Shown here: positions 18,330 to 28,806 of the stretch, in pieces
Layout of the letters: each line of letters opens with the position of its first letter
Position numbering within the stretch: the first letter of the stretch is position 1
From: an uncultured Bacteroidales bacterium
Lineage (GTDB): Bacteria > Bacteroidota > Bacteroidia > Bacteroidales > JAGOPY01
Direction: 5' to 3'
Length of the DNA: 64,000 nucleotides
NCBI GenBank assembly: GCA_964489545.1
Contig: CAZAZE010000003.1
Coordinates: 249,527 to 313,526, forward strand
Notes under the pieces: generated by a model
What the model was told of the DNA's origin: nothing
Seen by the model: the letters and a program-made list of their open reading frames with translations, nothing else
The model's database searches: none
Translations under genes and position numbers: made by a program

Positions 18330-19371
18330 TTTCCATCTTCACCGGGTGGTGGTCGGCCGGGCCAAAACCCAGGTAGTCCGTTTCAATGGAAATGACCTGT
18401 ATATTCGGTGAGGTGACGAAAAAATCGATGATGGTCACGGGTGTCGTGCCTTTCCGGTAGGGCTGGTCAACGGCCCGGTTGGAAGGCGTTTTTGGGTCAT
18501 AGACCCACTGCCAGCCTTCCGGCATGAAACCGGGGTCGAAGGCTGGTTCGATAAGCATGGTGGCATCGCCGGTTGTGATGTTCGCCGGATCAAAGCCCAC
18601 CGGGTTCATGTTCCAGTCGCCGCCCGTCACGACGTAATTCCCCTTTTCGAACTCATCCAGCATGACCTGCCTGAGGTGTTCCAGCTGCGATTTTCGCTGC
18701 GACCCATCGTCAAAGGCCTCATTGTGGGTGTTGATGAGCACCAGGTCTTTTCCCGATGGCAACGGCACCCGGGAGAGCAAAAAACACCGGTCGAGCATGA
18801 AGAGCCGCACCGGCCAGGAATAGCCCCCGAAAAAGGCGTGGCGGGTGTTTTCCGTGGTGTTCATCCGGAGAAAGGTGGCCAGGCCGCTCTTCACCCGGCC
18901 CATGGGATTGAATAACGGCACCGGGACAAAAGGCACCTGGTAGTTCACGGCGCAGAAACCGGAATGGTCAGGCAATTCGATGGACAGCAGCGCCACCTGG
19001 TCGTCGTGGTAACTTCGCCTCGAGCGGAGATCCGCTTCCTGGAAGAAATAAACATCCGCATCGCTGTGATTCCGGATATAATCCAGCGCCGTTCCGGCAT
19101 ACCGCCGGTACTGCTCCTCACCGGGGCGTGTCATTTTTCCTCCGTCATAAAAGAAATCGACATCCTTGCCCAGTCCGAAATAGCCCAGGTTCCAGGTGAC
19201 GAGAGTCAGTGTGCTGTCGGGAATCCGTATCTGCCTCGCCATGGAAACCGTGACAGCCTTTTCTTTCTCAGCGGGCCGGTAATCGAGGGAGGTGGCCAGG
19301 ATCAGCAGGCCCAGGAGAGCGGCCAGCAGGGCGACCAGGATATAACTCAGAAATTTTAGCGCTTTTCTCAT
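18316..19371 (-). CDS. Endonuclease/exonuclease/phosphatase family protein
   Basis: TWNLGY, FFQEAD, INTHNEAFD, GGDWN, IDFF, ADHHPV; N-terminal TM anchor. Confidence 0.85.
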   Translation of the reverse strand: MRKALKFLSYILVALLAALLGLLILATSLDYRPAEKEKAVTVSMARQIRIPDSTLTLVTWNLGYFGLGKDVDFFYDGGKMTRPGEEQYRRYAGTALDYIRNHSDADVYFFQEADLRSRRSYHDDQVALLSIELPDHSGFCAVNYQVPFVPVPLFNPMGRVKSGLATFLRMNTTENTRHAFFGGYSWPVRLFMLDRCFLLSRVPLPSGKDLVLINTHNEAFDDGSQRKSQLEHLRQVMLDEFEKGNYVVTGGDWNMNPVGFDPANITTGDATMLIEPAFDPGFMPEGWQWVYDPKTPSNRAVDQPYRKGTTPVTIIDFFVTSPNIQVISIETDYLGFGPADHHPVKMEIKPD

Positions 19372-19451
19372 GGGGTGATCCGGGGCGTGAAGTGAATGGT
19401 AAAAATATCAATTTTTTTATACTTTTGTTCAGCTTTAAACTCATTGAAAAC

Positions 19452-20996
19452 ATGCCGATACTGGGACCCCTGGTTAAAAAAGCTTACGAGCTGGGCCGCA
19501 TCCCCGAGAAAGCCCTCTCCAGGCCGGATCCGTATACGGCACAGAAGCGGGTGCTGAAGAAACTGCTGCGCAAAGCCCAGTTCACCGCTTTTGGCGAATA
19601 CTACAATTTCTCCGATATACTGAAGCGTGATGACCTGGTCCGCGAATTCCAGCGGAGGGTGCCCACCTTTACGTACAACACCATGTTCCGGAAATGGTGG
19701 TACCGCAACCTGAGCGGGGAGCCCTTCGTAACCTGGCCCGGCCGGGTTAAATACTTTGCGCTGACATCGGGCACCTCGGAAGCTTCCAGCAAGCACATCC
19801 CTGTCACGGGCGAAATGATCCGGGCGATCCGCAAGGTCAGCATCCGGCAGCTGGTTTCTTCCGTCTCTTACAATCTGCCCGATAATTTTTACGAAAAAGG
19901 CATGCTGATGATCGGCGGGAGCACCCACCTGAATTACAACGGAACGTATTATGAGGGCGATTTGTCGGGCATTTCCGCCAGCACCATCCCGTTCTGGTTC
20001 CAGCATTTTTACAAGCCGGGCAAACGGATCTCCCGCGAACGCGACTGGGCCACCAAGCTCGACGAGATCGTCAAATCGGCCGTGAACTGGGACATCGGGG
20101 TGATCGTGGGCGTGCCGGCCTGGATCCAGATCATCCTGGAACGCATCATCGCCTTTTACAACGTTAAAACGATTCACGACATCTGGCCGAACCTGGCTAT
20201 TTATGTGCACAGCGGTGTTTCCTTCGAACCGTATGTCAAATCCTTCGAGAAACTCTTCTCGAAACCGATGATCTATCATGAGTCGTACCTGGCCTCTGAA
20301 GGATACATCGCGTATCAGAAAAACATCAGCCGAAAATCCCTCTCGCTGGTGACCGACAACTGCCTGTTCTTCGAATTTGTTCCGTTCGACGACCAGAATT
20401 TTGATGAAGACGGCAATATGGTCGACAATCCCGTTGCGCTGACCATCGACCAGGTGGAGGAGGGCAAGGAATACGCTTTGCTGCTGAGCACCTGCGCCGG
20501 AGCGTGGCGCTACCTGATCGGCGATACGGTAAAGTTTGTTTCCGCAGCCAATGCCGAGATCGTGATCACGGGCCGCACCAAGCATTTCCTGAGCATCTGC
20601 GGCGAGCATCTTTCGGTCGAGAACATGAGCCGGGCGGTCAAGATGCTCTGCGATGAACTGAACGTGGAGATCAGGGAGTTTACCGTCGCCGGCATCAAGC
20701 ACGACAGCCTGTTCGCGCATCAGTGGTACCTGGGCACCGACGACCCGCTCGATCCGGAGCTTGCCCGGCAGAAGATCGATGAATACCTCAAGATCCTCAA
20801 CGATGATTACCGCGTGGAGCGCATTGCCGCCATCAGGGATGTATTCCTGGAAGTGCTGCCATCCAAGGCATTCAGCACCTGGATGAAGGTGCATGATAAA
20901 GAGGGCGGCGCCAACAAGTTCCCGAGGGTGTTGAAGAAAGACCAGCCCGCAGCCTGGGAAAAGTTCCTCGTGGAGTATAATTTCAAGAAAACCTGA
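19452..20996 (+). CDS. GH3 auxin-responsive promoter family protein (acyl-adenylating enzyme)
   Basis: FALTSGTSEASSKHIP, YLASEG, GAWRYLIGDTVKF, ITGRTKH; start at ATG 19452 after a TACTTTTG element. Confidence 0.88.
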   Translation: MPILGPLVKKAYELGRIPEKALSRPDPYTAQKRVLKKLLRKAQFTAFGEYYNFSDILKRDDLVREFQRRVPTFTYNTMFRKWWYRNLSGEPFVTWPGRVKYFALTSGTSEASSKHIPVTGEMIRAIRKVSIRQLVSSVSYNLPDNFYEKGMLMIGGSTHLNYNGTYYEGDLSGISASTIPFWFQHFYKPGKRISRERDWATKLDEIVKSAVNWDIGVIVGVPAWIQIILERIIAFYNVKTIHDIWPNLAIYVHSGVSFEPYVKSFEKLFSKPMIYHESYLASEGYIAYQKNISRKSLSLVTDNCLFFEFVPFDDQNFDEDGNMVDNPVALTIDQVEEGKEYALLLSTCAGAWRYLIGDTVKFVSAANAEIVITGRTKHFLSICGEHLSVENMSRAVKMLCDELNVEIREFTVAGIKHDSLFAHQWYLGTDDPLDPELARQKIDEYLKILNDDYRVERIAAIRDVFLEVLPSKAFSTWMKVHDKEGGANKFPRVLKKDQPAAWEKFLVEYNFKKT

Positions 20997-21634
20997 TGCA
21001 CACCATTGTTGAAGGCGTAATCCTGGGGCTGACGCTGTCGGTCTTTTTCGGCTTCGGGCCCGCCCTGGTGGCTTTGATACAGACCAGCATCCACCGGGGG
21101 TTCTGGGCCGCCTTTTTCCTGGTGTTCGGGGTATTTCTGAGCGATGCGGTGCTCGTAGGACTGGGTTTCATCGGCGCCGTCCAGGTCTTTATCAGCAATA
21201 AGCTGGTCCTGGGCTTCATCGGCGGTGCAATCCTCGTGATTTTCGGGATCGTCACCTATCGCAGGAAGGTCCAGATCAATGTCGAAGGGGCCGGCCCGGT
21301 TGAAAAATCCAACCGAAAACCCGGGTTTTATACTTACATCGCCAAAGGCTTCCTGATCAATTTCACCAACCCGTTCATCTGGATCTTCTGGATGGGGGTC
21401 GTGGTCGGGTTCACCAGCAATTACCAGGGCGATCATTTCCTGCTGATCTCTTTCTTCACTGCAGCATTGGGTACCGTTTTCGTGATGGATGTGCTGAAAT
21501 CATTTTCCGCTTACCAGATCAAAAGGTACATCCAGTCTCACAATATCATATGGATCAACCGGTTCGCCGGGGTGGGGCTGGTTTTATTCGGGGTATACCT
21601 GGTGATCCGGAGCGCGTGGGATATACTGTTTTGA
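20996..21634 (+). CDS. LysE family translocator
   Basis: FGPALVALIQTSIHRGF, GFLINFTNP; about six TM segments. Confidence 0.85.
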   Translation: MHTIVEGVILGLTLSVFFGFGPALVALIQTSIHRGFWAAFFLVFGVFLSDAVLVGLGFIGAVQVFISNKLVLGFIGGAILVIFGIVTYRRKVQINVEGAGPVEKSNRKPGFYTYIAKGFLINFTNPFIWIFWMGVVVGFTSNYQGDHFLLISFFTAALGTVFVMDVLKSFSAYQIKRYIQSHNIIWINRFAGVGLVLFGVYLVIRSAWDILF

Positions 21635-21671
21635 CAACACCAATAAGACATAAACCAAAATCTTCAATTCC

Positions 21672-22205
21672 ATGAAAAAGAGCAACTGGTCCGTTTTCCT
21701 GTTCAACGGCGTGATCGCCATATTGTTCGGCCTGCTGATGCTGATCGAGTCGCAGGAAGGGATCATCCGGCTGATGCGGTATTTCGGCATCCTGATGATC
21801 ATTGTCGGCGCATTGATGGCCCTCATCGCTTACACCAACAATAAAAGGAGAAAGCCTTACCTTGCCCTGATGGCCTCCGCACTGGTCACGATAGGGGCCG
21901 GGGCCATCATCGCTTTCCTTCCTGAGAAATCCCTGAAAATATTCCTGGTCCTTGTTGGGGCGTGGGCCGTCCTGGCCGGGCTGTACCAGATCATCATAGC
22001 GGTGAGGATGAAAGGCAGGGTTTCACAGCACCAGCTGTTCACCGTCAACGGGGTGGTCACGCTCGTCTTCGGCATCCTGTTGCTGATCAATCCCATGGCG
22101 ACCGCGATCCTGGTCATGCGGATCATCGGTATCCTGGCGCTGGTATCGGGTGTTCTGCTCCTGTACCTGGGGGTGAAGATCAGGACCTCTTCGGGGCTGG
22201 AATAG
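21672..22205 (+). CDS. HdeD/DUF308 family membrane protein
   Basis: NGVIAILFGLL, GAWAVLAGLYQII, repeated two-TM units. Confidence 0.8.
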   Translation: MKKSNWSVFLFNGVIAILFGLLMLIESQEGIIRLMRYFGILMIIVGALMALIAYTNNKRRKPYLALMASALVTIGAGAIIAFLPEKSLKIFLVLVGAWAVLAGLYQIIIAVRMKGRVSQHQLFTVNGVVTLVFGILLLINPMATAILVMRIIGILALVSGVLLLYLGVKIRTSSGLE

Positions 22206-22214
22206 AAGGCCCGT

Positions 22215-23972
22215 TCAGGTTTTTGCGGGCTTGATGTCCTTGATGTTCAGCTGGAACGATTTTTTTCCGTTCCATTCGTTTTCTTCGATGTGGTAACAGA
22301 TGTTGAAGAGGTTGCCGTTGCGGATGTATTCGTAATGTTCCAGCCCCTGCTGGAATGCGATGGATGAGATGGGTTCGCTCCGCACGTCCAGCTGCACCAC
22401 CTCCAGCTTCAGGTGGTTATTTCCCACGATCTTGGCTTTCCCGGCGTCGATCAGGTTATCGGTCTGGAATACCGGGGACATATTGCCGGGACCAAAGGGC
22501 GCGAACTGTTTGAGGATATCGAAGAATTTCCTTTTGATGTCGAGCAGGTCGAGTTTGGCATCCACTTCGATCTCCGGAAGAGAAATGTCATCACTCAAAT
22601 GGGTAGTCACATACTCCTCAAATCGTATTTTGAACTGATCGAGGTTTTCGGGTCTCAGCGAAAGGCCGGCGGCATAGGTGTGCCCGCCGAAATGTTCCAG
22701 CAGGTCGCCGCAGGCGTCGACGGCGTCATAGATGTCGAATCCTTTGATGGAGCGGGCCGATCCGGTGATCATCCCTTCAGAATGGGTCAGAACGATGGTG
22801 GGGCGGTAATAGGTTTCGATCAGCCTGGAGGCGACGATACCGATCACGCCCTTGTGCCACTCCGGGTGAAAGAGCACCGTGCTTTTGCGGTGCTGCGTCT
22901 CCGGGTCGTTCCGCATCATGTCCAGGGCGTTCTGGGTGGCCTGGGCGTCGAGGGTCTTGCGCTCGGTATTGTGCGTGTTGATCTGGTTTCCCAGGGCAAA
23001 GGCGATGTCCGGATCTTCGGTGACGAGCAGTTCCACCGAGGTGCTGGCGCTTTCGATCCGACCGGCCGCGTTGATCCGGGGCCCGACGATGAACACCAGG
23101 TCGTTGATCGTGAGTTCCCGGGTGAACTGCACGTTGTTGCCCCCGTTCCCGTTGGGTTTGCTGTATTTGTTGCTGACGTTGAGGATGGCTTCCAGCCCGG
23201 CCCTGGGCCGGGTATTGATCCGCTTTAGCCCGTAATAAGCCAGTACACGGTTCTCTCCTGTAATGGGAACAATGTCGGAAGCAATGCTCACCACGACCAG
23301 GTCGAGGTATTCTTCAAGCTGCCCGAACGGGATGTTGTTCTTCCAGGCAAAGGCCTGGACCAGTTTGAAGCCGATGCCGCATCCCGCAAGTTCTTTGTAC
23401 GGATAAGGGCAATCGTCGCGTTTGGGATCCAGGATGGCGCAGGCGGCCGGAAGCTGATCGCCCGGCCGGTGGTGGTCGCAAATGATGAAATCGACATCCT
23501 TCTCCTTCGCGTACGCGACCTTTTCCACTGCCTTGATCCCGCAGTCGAGCGCGATGATCAGCGAATAACCGTTGCCGGCGGCGAAATCGATCCCCTTGAA
23601 AGATATCCCGTACCCCTCGCTGTAGCGGTCCGGAATGTAAAAAGCGACTTTGTCGTGTATCTTCTTGAGGAATGTATATACCAACGCCACGGCGGTGGTG
23701 CCGTCGACGTCGTAATCGCCGTAGACCAGGATCTTTTCGTCGCGCTTCAGGGCGAGTTCGATCCGTTCCACGGCCTCGTGCATGTCCTTCATCAAGAAAG
23801 GATCATGCAGATGCTCCAGCTGAGGCCGGAAATAAGCTTTGGCGCTGTCATAGCTTGTGACGCCCCGCTGCGCCAGCAGGTTTGCAAGCTTCTCGCTGAT
23901 ATTCAGGACCTTGCTGAGATGCCTCACCAGATCCCTGTCTCCCTGCGGTTTTAATACCCAACGTTTTTCCAT
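22215..23972 (-). CDS. recJ: Single-stranded DNA exonuclease RecJ
   Basis: VYGDYDVDG, ALDCG, ICDHH (DHH), GPRINAAGR, HKGVIGIVASR, GSARS, GGHTYAAG. Confidence 0.96.
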   Translation of the reverse strand: MEKRWVLKPQGDRDLVRHLSKVLNISEKLANLLAQRGVTSYDSAKAYFRPQLEHLHDPFLMKDMHEAVERIELALKRDEKILVYGDYDVDGTTAVALVYTFLKKIHDKVAFYIPDRYSEGYGISFKGIDFAAGNGYSLIIALDCGIKAVEKVAYAKEKDVDFIICDHHRPGDQLPAACAILDPKRDDCPYPYKELAGCGIGFKLVQAFAWKNNIPFGQLEEYLDLVVVSIASDIVPITGENRVLAYYGLKRINTRPRAGLEAILNVSNKYSKPNGNGGNNVQFTRELTINDLVFIVGPRINAAGRIESASTSVELLVTEDPDIAFALGNQINTHNTERKTLDAQATQNALDMMRNDPETQHRKSTVLFHPEWHKGVIGIVASRLIETYYRPTIVLTHSEGMITGSARSIKGFDIYDAVDACGDLLEHFGGHTYAAGLSLRPENLDQFKIRFEEYVTTHLSDDISLPEIEVDAKLDLLDIKRKFFDILKQFAPFGPGNMSPVFQTDNLIDAGKAKIVGNNHLKLEVVQLDVRSEPISSIAFQQGLEHYEYIRNGNLFNICYHIEENEWNGKKSFQLNIKDIKPAKT

Positions 23973-24010
23973 ATCATTAAGAAGGGATAAAAATAATCAT
24001 AATCTGCTTA

Positions 24011-24058
24011 TTAATCCGGAATTTACCCGAATTATACCCGTCCGCCCGGAAAAATATT
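24011..24058 (-). promoter_or_regulatory. Bipartite GGGTAT-N15-CGGATTAA motif upstream of recJ
   Basis: Minus strand reads AATATTTTTCCGGGCGGAC-GGGTAT-N15-CGGATTAA; one of five copies in the window. Confidence 0.55.
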
Positions 24059-24064
24059 TTCCGT

Positions 24065-25309
24065 TCAGAATGTCGACCGCATCGCTTCCACGGGATCAAG
24101 GCGGGAAGCGTTCCAGGAAGGTACCAGCCCGGAGATAAACCCGATGGCCGCCGAAACAAACACCCCCAGCAGGATATTGGACTGCGTCAGCGTCAGGCTC
24201 ATATCGAAGGCCTGGGAGATGCCGAAGGACAGGAGGAACACGATGATCAGGCCCAGTATCCCCCCGAAAAGGGAAAGGAATACGGCCTCGAACAGGAACT
24301 GCAGCAGGATAAAATAGTTCTTCGCGCCCAGGGCTTTTTGTATCCCGATGATCCGGGTCCGCTCCTTGACCGAAACGAACATGATGTTGGCGATGCCAAA
24401 ACCGCCGACGAGCAGAGAGAACCCGCCAATGATCCAGCCGACCACGGCGATCACCCCGAAGAGCTGGTCAAATCCTTTGCTGATGATATCTGTCTGGTTG
24501 ATGGCGAAATTATCTTCCGCCCTGGGCTTTAATTTCCTTACCGAGCGCATGATCCCGGTAAGTTCATCTTTCATTTCATCCAGGCTGACGTTTGGTTTTG
24601 CTTTGACGATGACGGCGCCCTGGAGGTTCCGTGCATCGGTGTGATTGCGCGCGAAATTCACCGGGACGATCACCTGGTTGTCGGAAGAATTGCCAAAGAT
24701 GCTGCTCCCCTCCTTCTTCAGTACCCCGATCACCTCGACATTCACGCCGAACACCCGGATCTTTTTACCTACGGGATCGGGGACATTCATCAGGTTGGCG
24801 GCGATTTCGCTGCCAACGACCGCCACCGGCTTGCCGCTGAGAAACTCCGCCGGGGAGATGAACCGCCCCTCACTGATATCAACGGTCATGGCTTTGTCGT
24901 ATTCGTCGGCCACGATGATCACATCGGCATTGTCCATGGAATTGGTGCGGTATTTCAGGGTCTCGTTGACCCCGGCCATGTATGTGGCGGTCTGCGCGGT
25001 CTGGCTGCGGCGGCGGATCTCCTTCATCTCATTGAGCGAAGCCTCGGGCCGGTTGATGTATTTCCACCAGGGATAATCGCCGCCCATGGCCCAGGGCCAT
25101 TTCTGCACGAACAGCACATCGCTGCCCAGCGAGTTAATGCGTTCGCGGATGCCCGATTCCATCGAATCGAAGATGGTGAAGACCGAGATGATCGAAAAAA
25201 TCCCTATCGTGATCCCCAGCAGCGAAAGAAGCGTCCGGACCTTGTTCACCACAATTTCATGCAGCGCAAACAGGTAACTCTCATGCAACAGTTTCAGAAA
25301 TATTTTCAT
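24065..25309 (-). CDS. ABC transporter permease (MacB/FtsX family)
   Basis: VRTLLSLLGITIGI, GIANIMFVSVKERTRIIGIQKALGA, LDPVEAMR. Confidence 0.9.
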   Translation of the reverse strand: MKIFLKLLHESYLFALHEIVVNKVRTLLSLLGITIGIFSIISVFTIFDSMESGIRERINSLGSDVLFVQKWPWAMGGDYPWWKYINRPEASLNEMKEIRRRSQTAQTATYMAGVNETLKYRTNSMDNADVIIVADEYDKAMTVDISEGRFISPAEFLSGKPVAVVGSEIAANLMNVPDPVGKKIRVFGVNVEVIGVLKKEGSSIFGNSSDNQVIVPVNFARNHTDARNLQGAVIVKAKPNVSLDEMKDELTGIMRSVRKLKPRAEDNFAINQTDIISKGFDQLFGVIAVVGWIIGGFSLLVGGFGIANIMFVSVKERTRIIGIQKALGAKNYFILLQFLFEAVFLSLFGGILGLIIVFLLSFGISQAFDMSLTLTQSNILLGVFVSAAIGFISGLVPSWNASRLDPVEAMRSTF

Positions 25310-25412
25310 GACCGGCGTGCGGTGGTTCAGGGTGTAAAATTATACAATTGAAACGAGAATAATGCCTTATATTTGGTGGTTTGAACATTAATAGCGATAA
25401 AATCGGGATGAT

Positions 25413-26930
25413 ATGAAGAAAAAGATCGGCAGCGCGCTGATTTCAGTATACTATAAAGACGGTCTGGAAGAGATCGCCCGGAAGCTTTCCACCCTGGGAG
25501 TCACGTTATATTCCACCGGCGGGACTCATGATTTTCTCACCGGCCTGGGATTGAACGCCATTACCGTCGAATCGGTGACGGATTATCCTTCCATATTCGG
25601 CGGCCGGGTCAAAACTTTGCATCCCAAGGTGTTCGGCGGTATTCTCCATCGCCGCGACCATGCAGGCGACCGCGAAGAGGCGCTGCGGTATCAGGTCCCC
25701 CCGATCGACCTGGTGATCGTAGACCTGTACCCGTTTGAAGAGACCGTTGCGAAAACCGACGACGAGGAGGAGATCATCGAAAAGATCGATATCGGCGGCA
25801 TCTCGCTGATCCGGGCGGCCGCCAAGAACTACCGCGACGTGCTCATCGTTTCTTCTTCCGGACAGTATGCGGATCTGCTCCGGCTGCTGGAGGAAAAAGG
25901 CGGTTTTACGGACCTTGAGGACCGGCGGGGGTTTGCCGGACTGGCATTCGGGATGTCATCTCATTACGACACGGCCATACAGGAGTACTTCCACGGCGCG
26001 GATCCGCCCGCTTTCAGGAAGAGCATCCGGGGGAAGCAGGTGCTGCGTTACGGCGAGAACCCGCATCAGAAAGGGTTTTACTACGGCGACCTGTCGCGGG
26101 TGTTCACCCAGTTGCATGGCAAGGAACTGTCGTACAACAACCTGGGCGACCTGGAGGCGGCCATTGGCCTGATCGGGGAGTTCGACGAGCCCACCTTCGC
26201 GATCCTGAAGCACAACAACGCCTGCGGCTGCGCCAGCCGGCCATCCCCTGCCGAAGCCTGGAAAGCCGCGCTGGCGGGTGATCCGGTCTCTGCCTTTGGC
26301 GGGGTGCTCATCACCAACACGGAAATTGACGACGAAACCGCGGCGGAAATCGACACGCTGTTTTTCGAAATCCTGCTGGCTCCGGGCTATAAAAAAAGTG
26401 CCCTGGAACGGCTTCAAAGCAAGAAAAATAGAATACTTTTGCAGGGTGGGGCATACGATTTCCCGGCGCGGCAATTCAGGTCGGCGCTGAACGGCGTGAT
26501 CGAACAGGACAAAGACCTGAAGAGCGAGAAGATGGAAGACCTGCGCCCGGTGACCGACAGGAAGCCGACCGGTGAAGAAATCAACGATCTTCTTTTTGCC
26601 AACAAACTGGTCAAGCACACCCGTTCCAACGCCATTGTCCTGGCGAAAGACCGGCAGCTGATCGGCAGCGGGGCGGGGCAGACATCCAGGGTTGACGCCC
26701 TGAAGCAGGCCATCGCCAAAGCCCGTGAATTCGGATTTGACCTCCGGGGGGCCGTCATGGCTTCCGACGCGTTCTTCCCCTTTGCCGACTCGGTGGAAAT
26801 CGCCCACGGGGCCGGGATCACCGCGGTCATCCAGCCCGGCGGTTCGGTCCGCGACCAGGATTCCATCGATTTCTGCAGCCGCCACGGCCTGGCCATGGTG
26901 TTCACGGGAATACGCCATTTTAAACATTAA
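25413..26930 (+). CDS. purH: Bifunctional AICAR transformylase/IMP cyclohydrolase
   Basis: SALISVYYK, STGGT, GRVKTLHP, IDIGGISLIRAAAKN, RYGENPHQ, ASDAFFPF, IRHFKH. Confidence 0.97.
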   Translation: MKKKIGSALISVYYKDGLEEIARKLSTLGVTLYSTGGTHDFLTGLGLNAITVESVTDYPSIFGGRVKTLHPKVFGGILHRRDHAGDREEALRYQVPPIDLVIVDLYPFEETVAKTDDEEEIIEKIDIGGISLIRAAAKNYRDVLIVSSSGQYADLLRLLEEKGGFTDLEDRRGFAGLAFGMSSHYDTAIQEYFHGADPPAFRKSIRGKQVLRYGENPHQKGFYYGDLSRVFTQLHGKELSYNNLGDLEAAIGLIGEFDEPTFAILKHNNACGCASRPSPAEAWKAALAGDPVSAFGGVLITNTEIDDETAAEIDTLFFEILLAPGYKKSALERLQSKKNRILLQGGAYDFPARQFRSALNGVIEQDKDLKSEKMEDLRPVTDRKPTGEEINDLLFANKLVKHTRSNAIVLAKDRQLIGSGAGQTSRVDALKQAIAKAREFGFDLRGAVMASDAFFPFADSVEIAHGAGITAVIQPGGSVRDQDSIDFCSRHGLAMVFTGIRHFKH

Positions 26931-26960
26931 CCCGCATTTGCGCAAAACATAAGATACACA

Positions 26961-27983
26961 ATGGGACTCTTTTCATTCCTCACCAAGGAAATCGCCATTG
27001 ACCTCGGAACGGCCAACACCATCATCATTTACAACGACAAGGTGGTGGTCGACGAACCGAGCATCGTCGCCATCGAAAGGAACACAGGAAAGGTTATCGC
27101 TGTAGGGAAGAAGGCGATGATGATGCACGGGAAGACGCACGAGAACATCAAAACGATCCGGCCTTTGCGCGACGGCGTCATCGCCGACTTCAAAGCCGCC
27201 GAGATCATGATCCGGGAGATGATCAAAATGATCGGCTTCAAGAACAACGTATTCCCGCCGGCGCTCAAAATGGTCATCTGCATCCCCAGCGGCATCACCG
27301 AGGTGGAGGAGCGCGCGGTCAAGGATTCGGCCGAGCAGGCCGGCGCCAAGGAGGTCCGCCTGATCCACGAGCCCATGGCGGCCGCCATCGGGATCGGCAT
27401 CGACGTGCTCGAGCCCACCGGTAACATGATCATCGACATCGGGGGCGGCACCAGCGAGATCGCCGTCATCGCCCTCGGGGGCATCGTCAACAACAAATCC
27501 ATCCGCATCGCCGGCGACGACTTCAACGCCGACATCGAGGAATACATGCGCAAGCAGCACAATATCAACATCGGGGAGCGCACCGCCGAACGCATCAAGA
27601 TCGAGGTGGGCGCCGCCATGACCGATATCGACAACCCGCCCGACGATTTCCCGGTGCACGGTCGCGACATGCTCACCGGCATCCCCAAGGAAATCACGGT
27701 CAACTACGCCGAGATCGCCCATTCCCTCGACAAGTCGATCTCCAAGATCGAAGCCGCAGTGCTGAACGCCCTGGAAATGACCCCGCCCGAACTGGCGGCC
27801 GACATTTACCGCACCGGCATTTACCTCGCCGGCGGGGGTTCCATGCTCCGCGGACTCGACAAACGCCTCCACCTGAAAACCAAACTCCCGGTACACGTGG
27901 CCGAAGATCCCCTGCGGGCCGTGGCACGGGGCACCGGCATCGCACTGAAGAATTTCGATAAATTCACCTTCCTGATCAAGTGA
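26961..27983 (+). CDS. mreB: Rod shape-determining protein MreB
   Basis: IAIDLGTANT, IRPLRDGVIADF, IIDIGGGTSE, LAGGGSMLRG. Confidence 0.97.
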   Translation: MGLFSFLTKEIAIDLGTANTIIIYNDKVVVDEPSIVAIERNTGKVIAVGKKAMMMHGKTHENIKTIRPLRDGVIADFKAAEIMIREMIKMIGFKNNVFPPALKMVICIPSGITEVEERAVKDSAEQAGAKEVRLIHEPMAAAIGIGIDVLEPTGNMIIDIGGGTSEIAVIALGGIVNNKSIRIAGDDFNADIEEYMRKQHNINIGERTAERIKIEVGAAMTDIDNPPDDFPVHGRDMLTGIPKEITVNYAEIAHSLDKSISKIEAAVLNALEMTPPELAADIYRTGIYLAGGGSMLRGLDKRLHLKTKLPVHVAEDPLRAVARGTGIALKNFDKFTFLIK

Positions 27984-27984
27984 G

Positions 27985-28806
27985 ATGAGAAACCTCCTGG
28001 CATTTTTGTCAAGATACCAGTTTTTCTTCCTTTTCCTGATCTTCCTGGTCATCTCTCTTGTTCTGGTCTATAACAACAACTACTACCAGCGCTCGAAAGT
28101 GGTGGGCACCACCAGCCAGTTCACGGGCCGGTTCAACCAGGTTTATAAGAATTTTTCCGGGTACATCGACCTGAGAAAAGAAAACACGGCCCTGGCAGCC
28201 GAAAACGCACGGCTGAGGTCGTTTCTGCGCATCGGCACCGGCGGCATCCCCGATTCGCTGATCCGCCTGGAGACGGACCTGACCATGCGGTACATCAGCG
28301 CCCGGATCATCAGTAACTCTGTTCAGCGGCGCAACAATTACTTCATGATCGACAAAGGCTGGCGGCACGGCGTCAAAAAAGATATGGGCGTGGTGACACC
28401 GAATGGGGTCGTCGGCGTCATCATCGATGTGTCAGAAAATTTCAGCTCCGGTATCTCCGTGCTGCATAAAGACGCCCGCGTGAGCGGCCGGATCAAGAAA
28501 AACGACCAGCTGGTCAACATCTCATGGGACGGCATAAACTACCGCCTGGGGAGCCTGGGCCATATCCCGGCCCATGTCAGCCTCATGCCCGGCGACACCA
28601 TCCTCACCAGCGGCAATTCGCAGCTTTACCCCGAAGGCATCATGATCGGAACGGTTGATTATGTTGAAGACGAGCTGGATAACCTGTTCAAAAAAGGCAA
28701 GATCCGGTTTTCCATCGACTACAACCAGCTGACGCATGTGTATGTTGTGGAAAATACCTTCCGGGAAGAAATGAAACAGTTAAATATGGGCACTCCGGAT
28801 GAATAA
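27985..28806 (+). CDS. mreC: Rod shape-determining protein MreC
   Basis: N-terminal TM, coiled coil ENARLR, IDKGWRHGVKKDMGVV, GDTILTSG...PEGIMIG. Confidence 0.93.
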   Translation: MRNLLAFLSRYQFFFLFLIFLVISLVLVYNNNYYQRSKVVGTTSQFTGRFNQVYKNFSGYIDLRKENTALAAENARLRSFLRIGTGGIPDSLIRLETDLTMRYISARIISNSVQRRNNYFMIDKGWRHGVKKDMGVVTPNGVVGVIIDVSENFSSGISVLHKDARVSGRIKKNDQLVNISWDGINYRLGSLGHIPAHVSLMPGDTILTSGNSQLYPEGIMIGTVDYVEDELDNLFKKGKIRFSIDYNQLTHVYVVENTFREEMKQLNMGTPDE

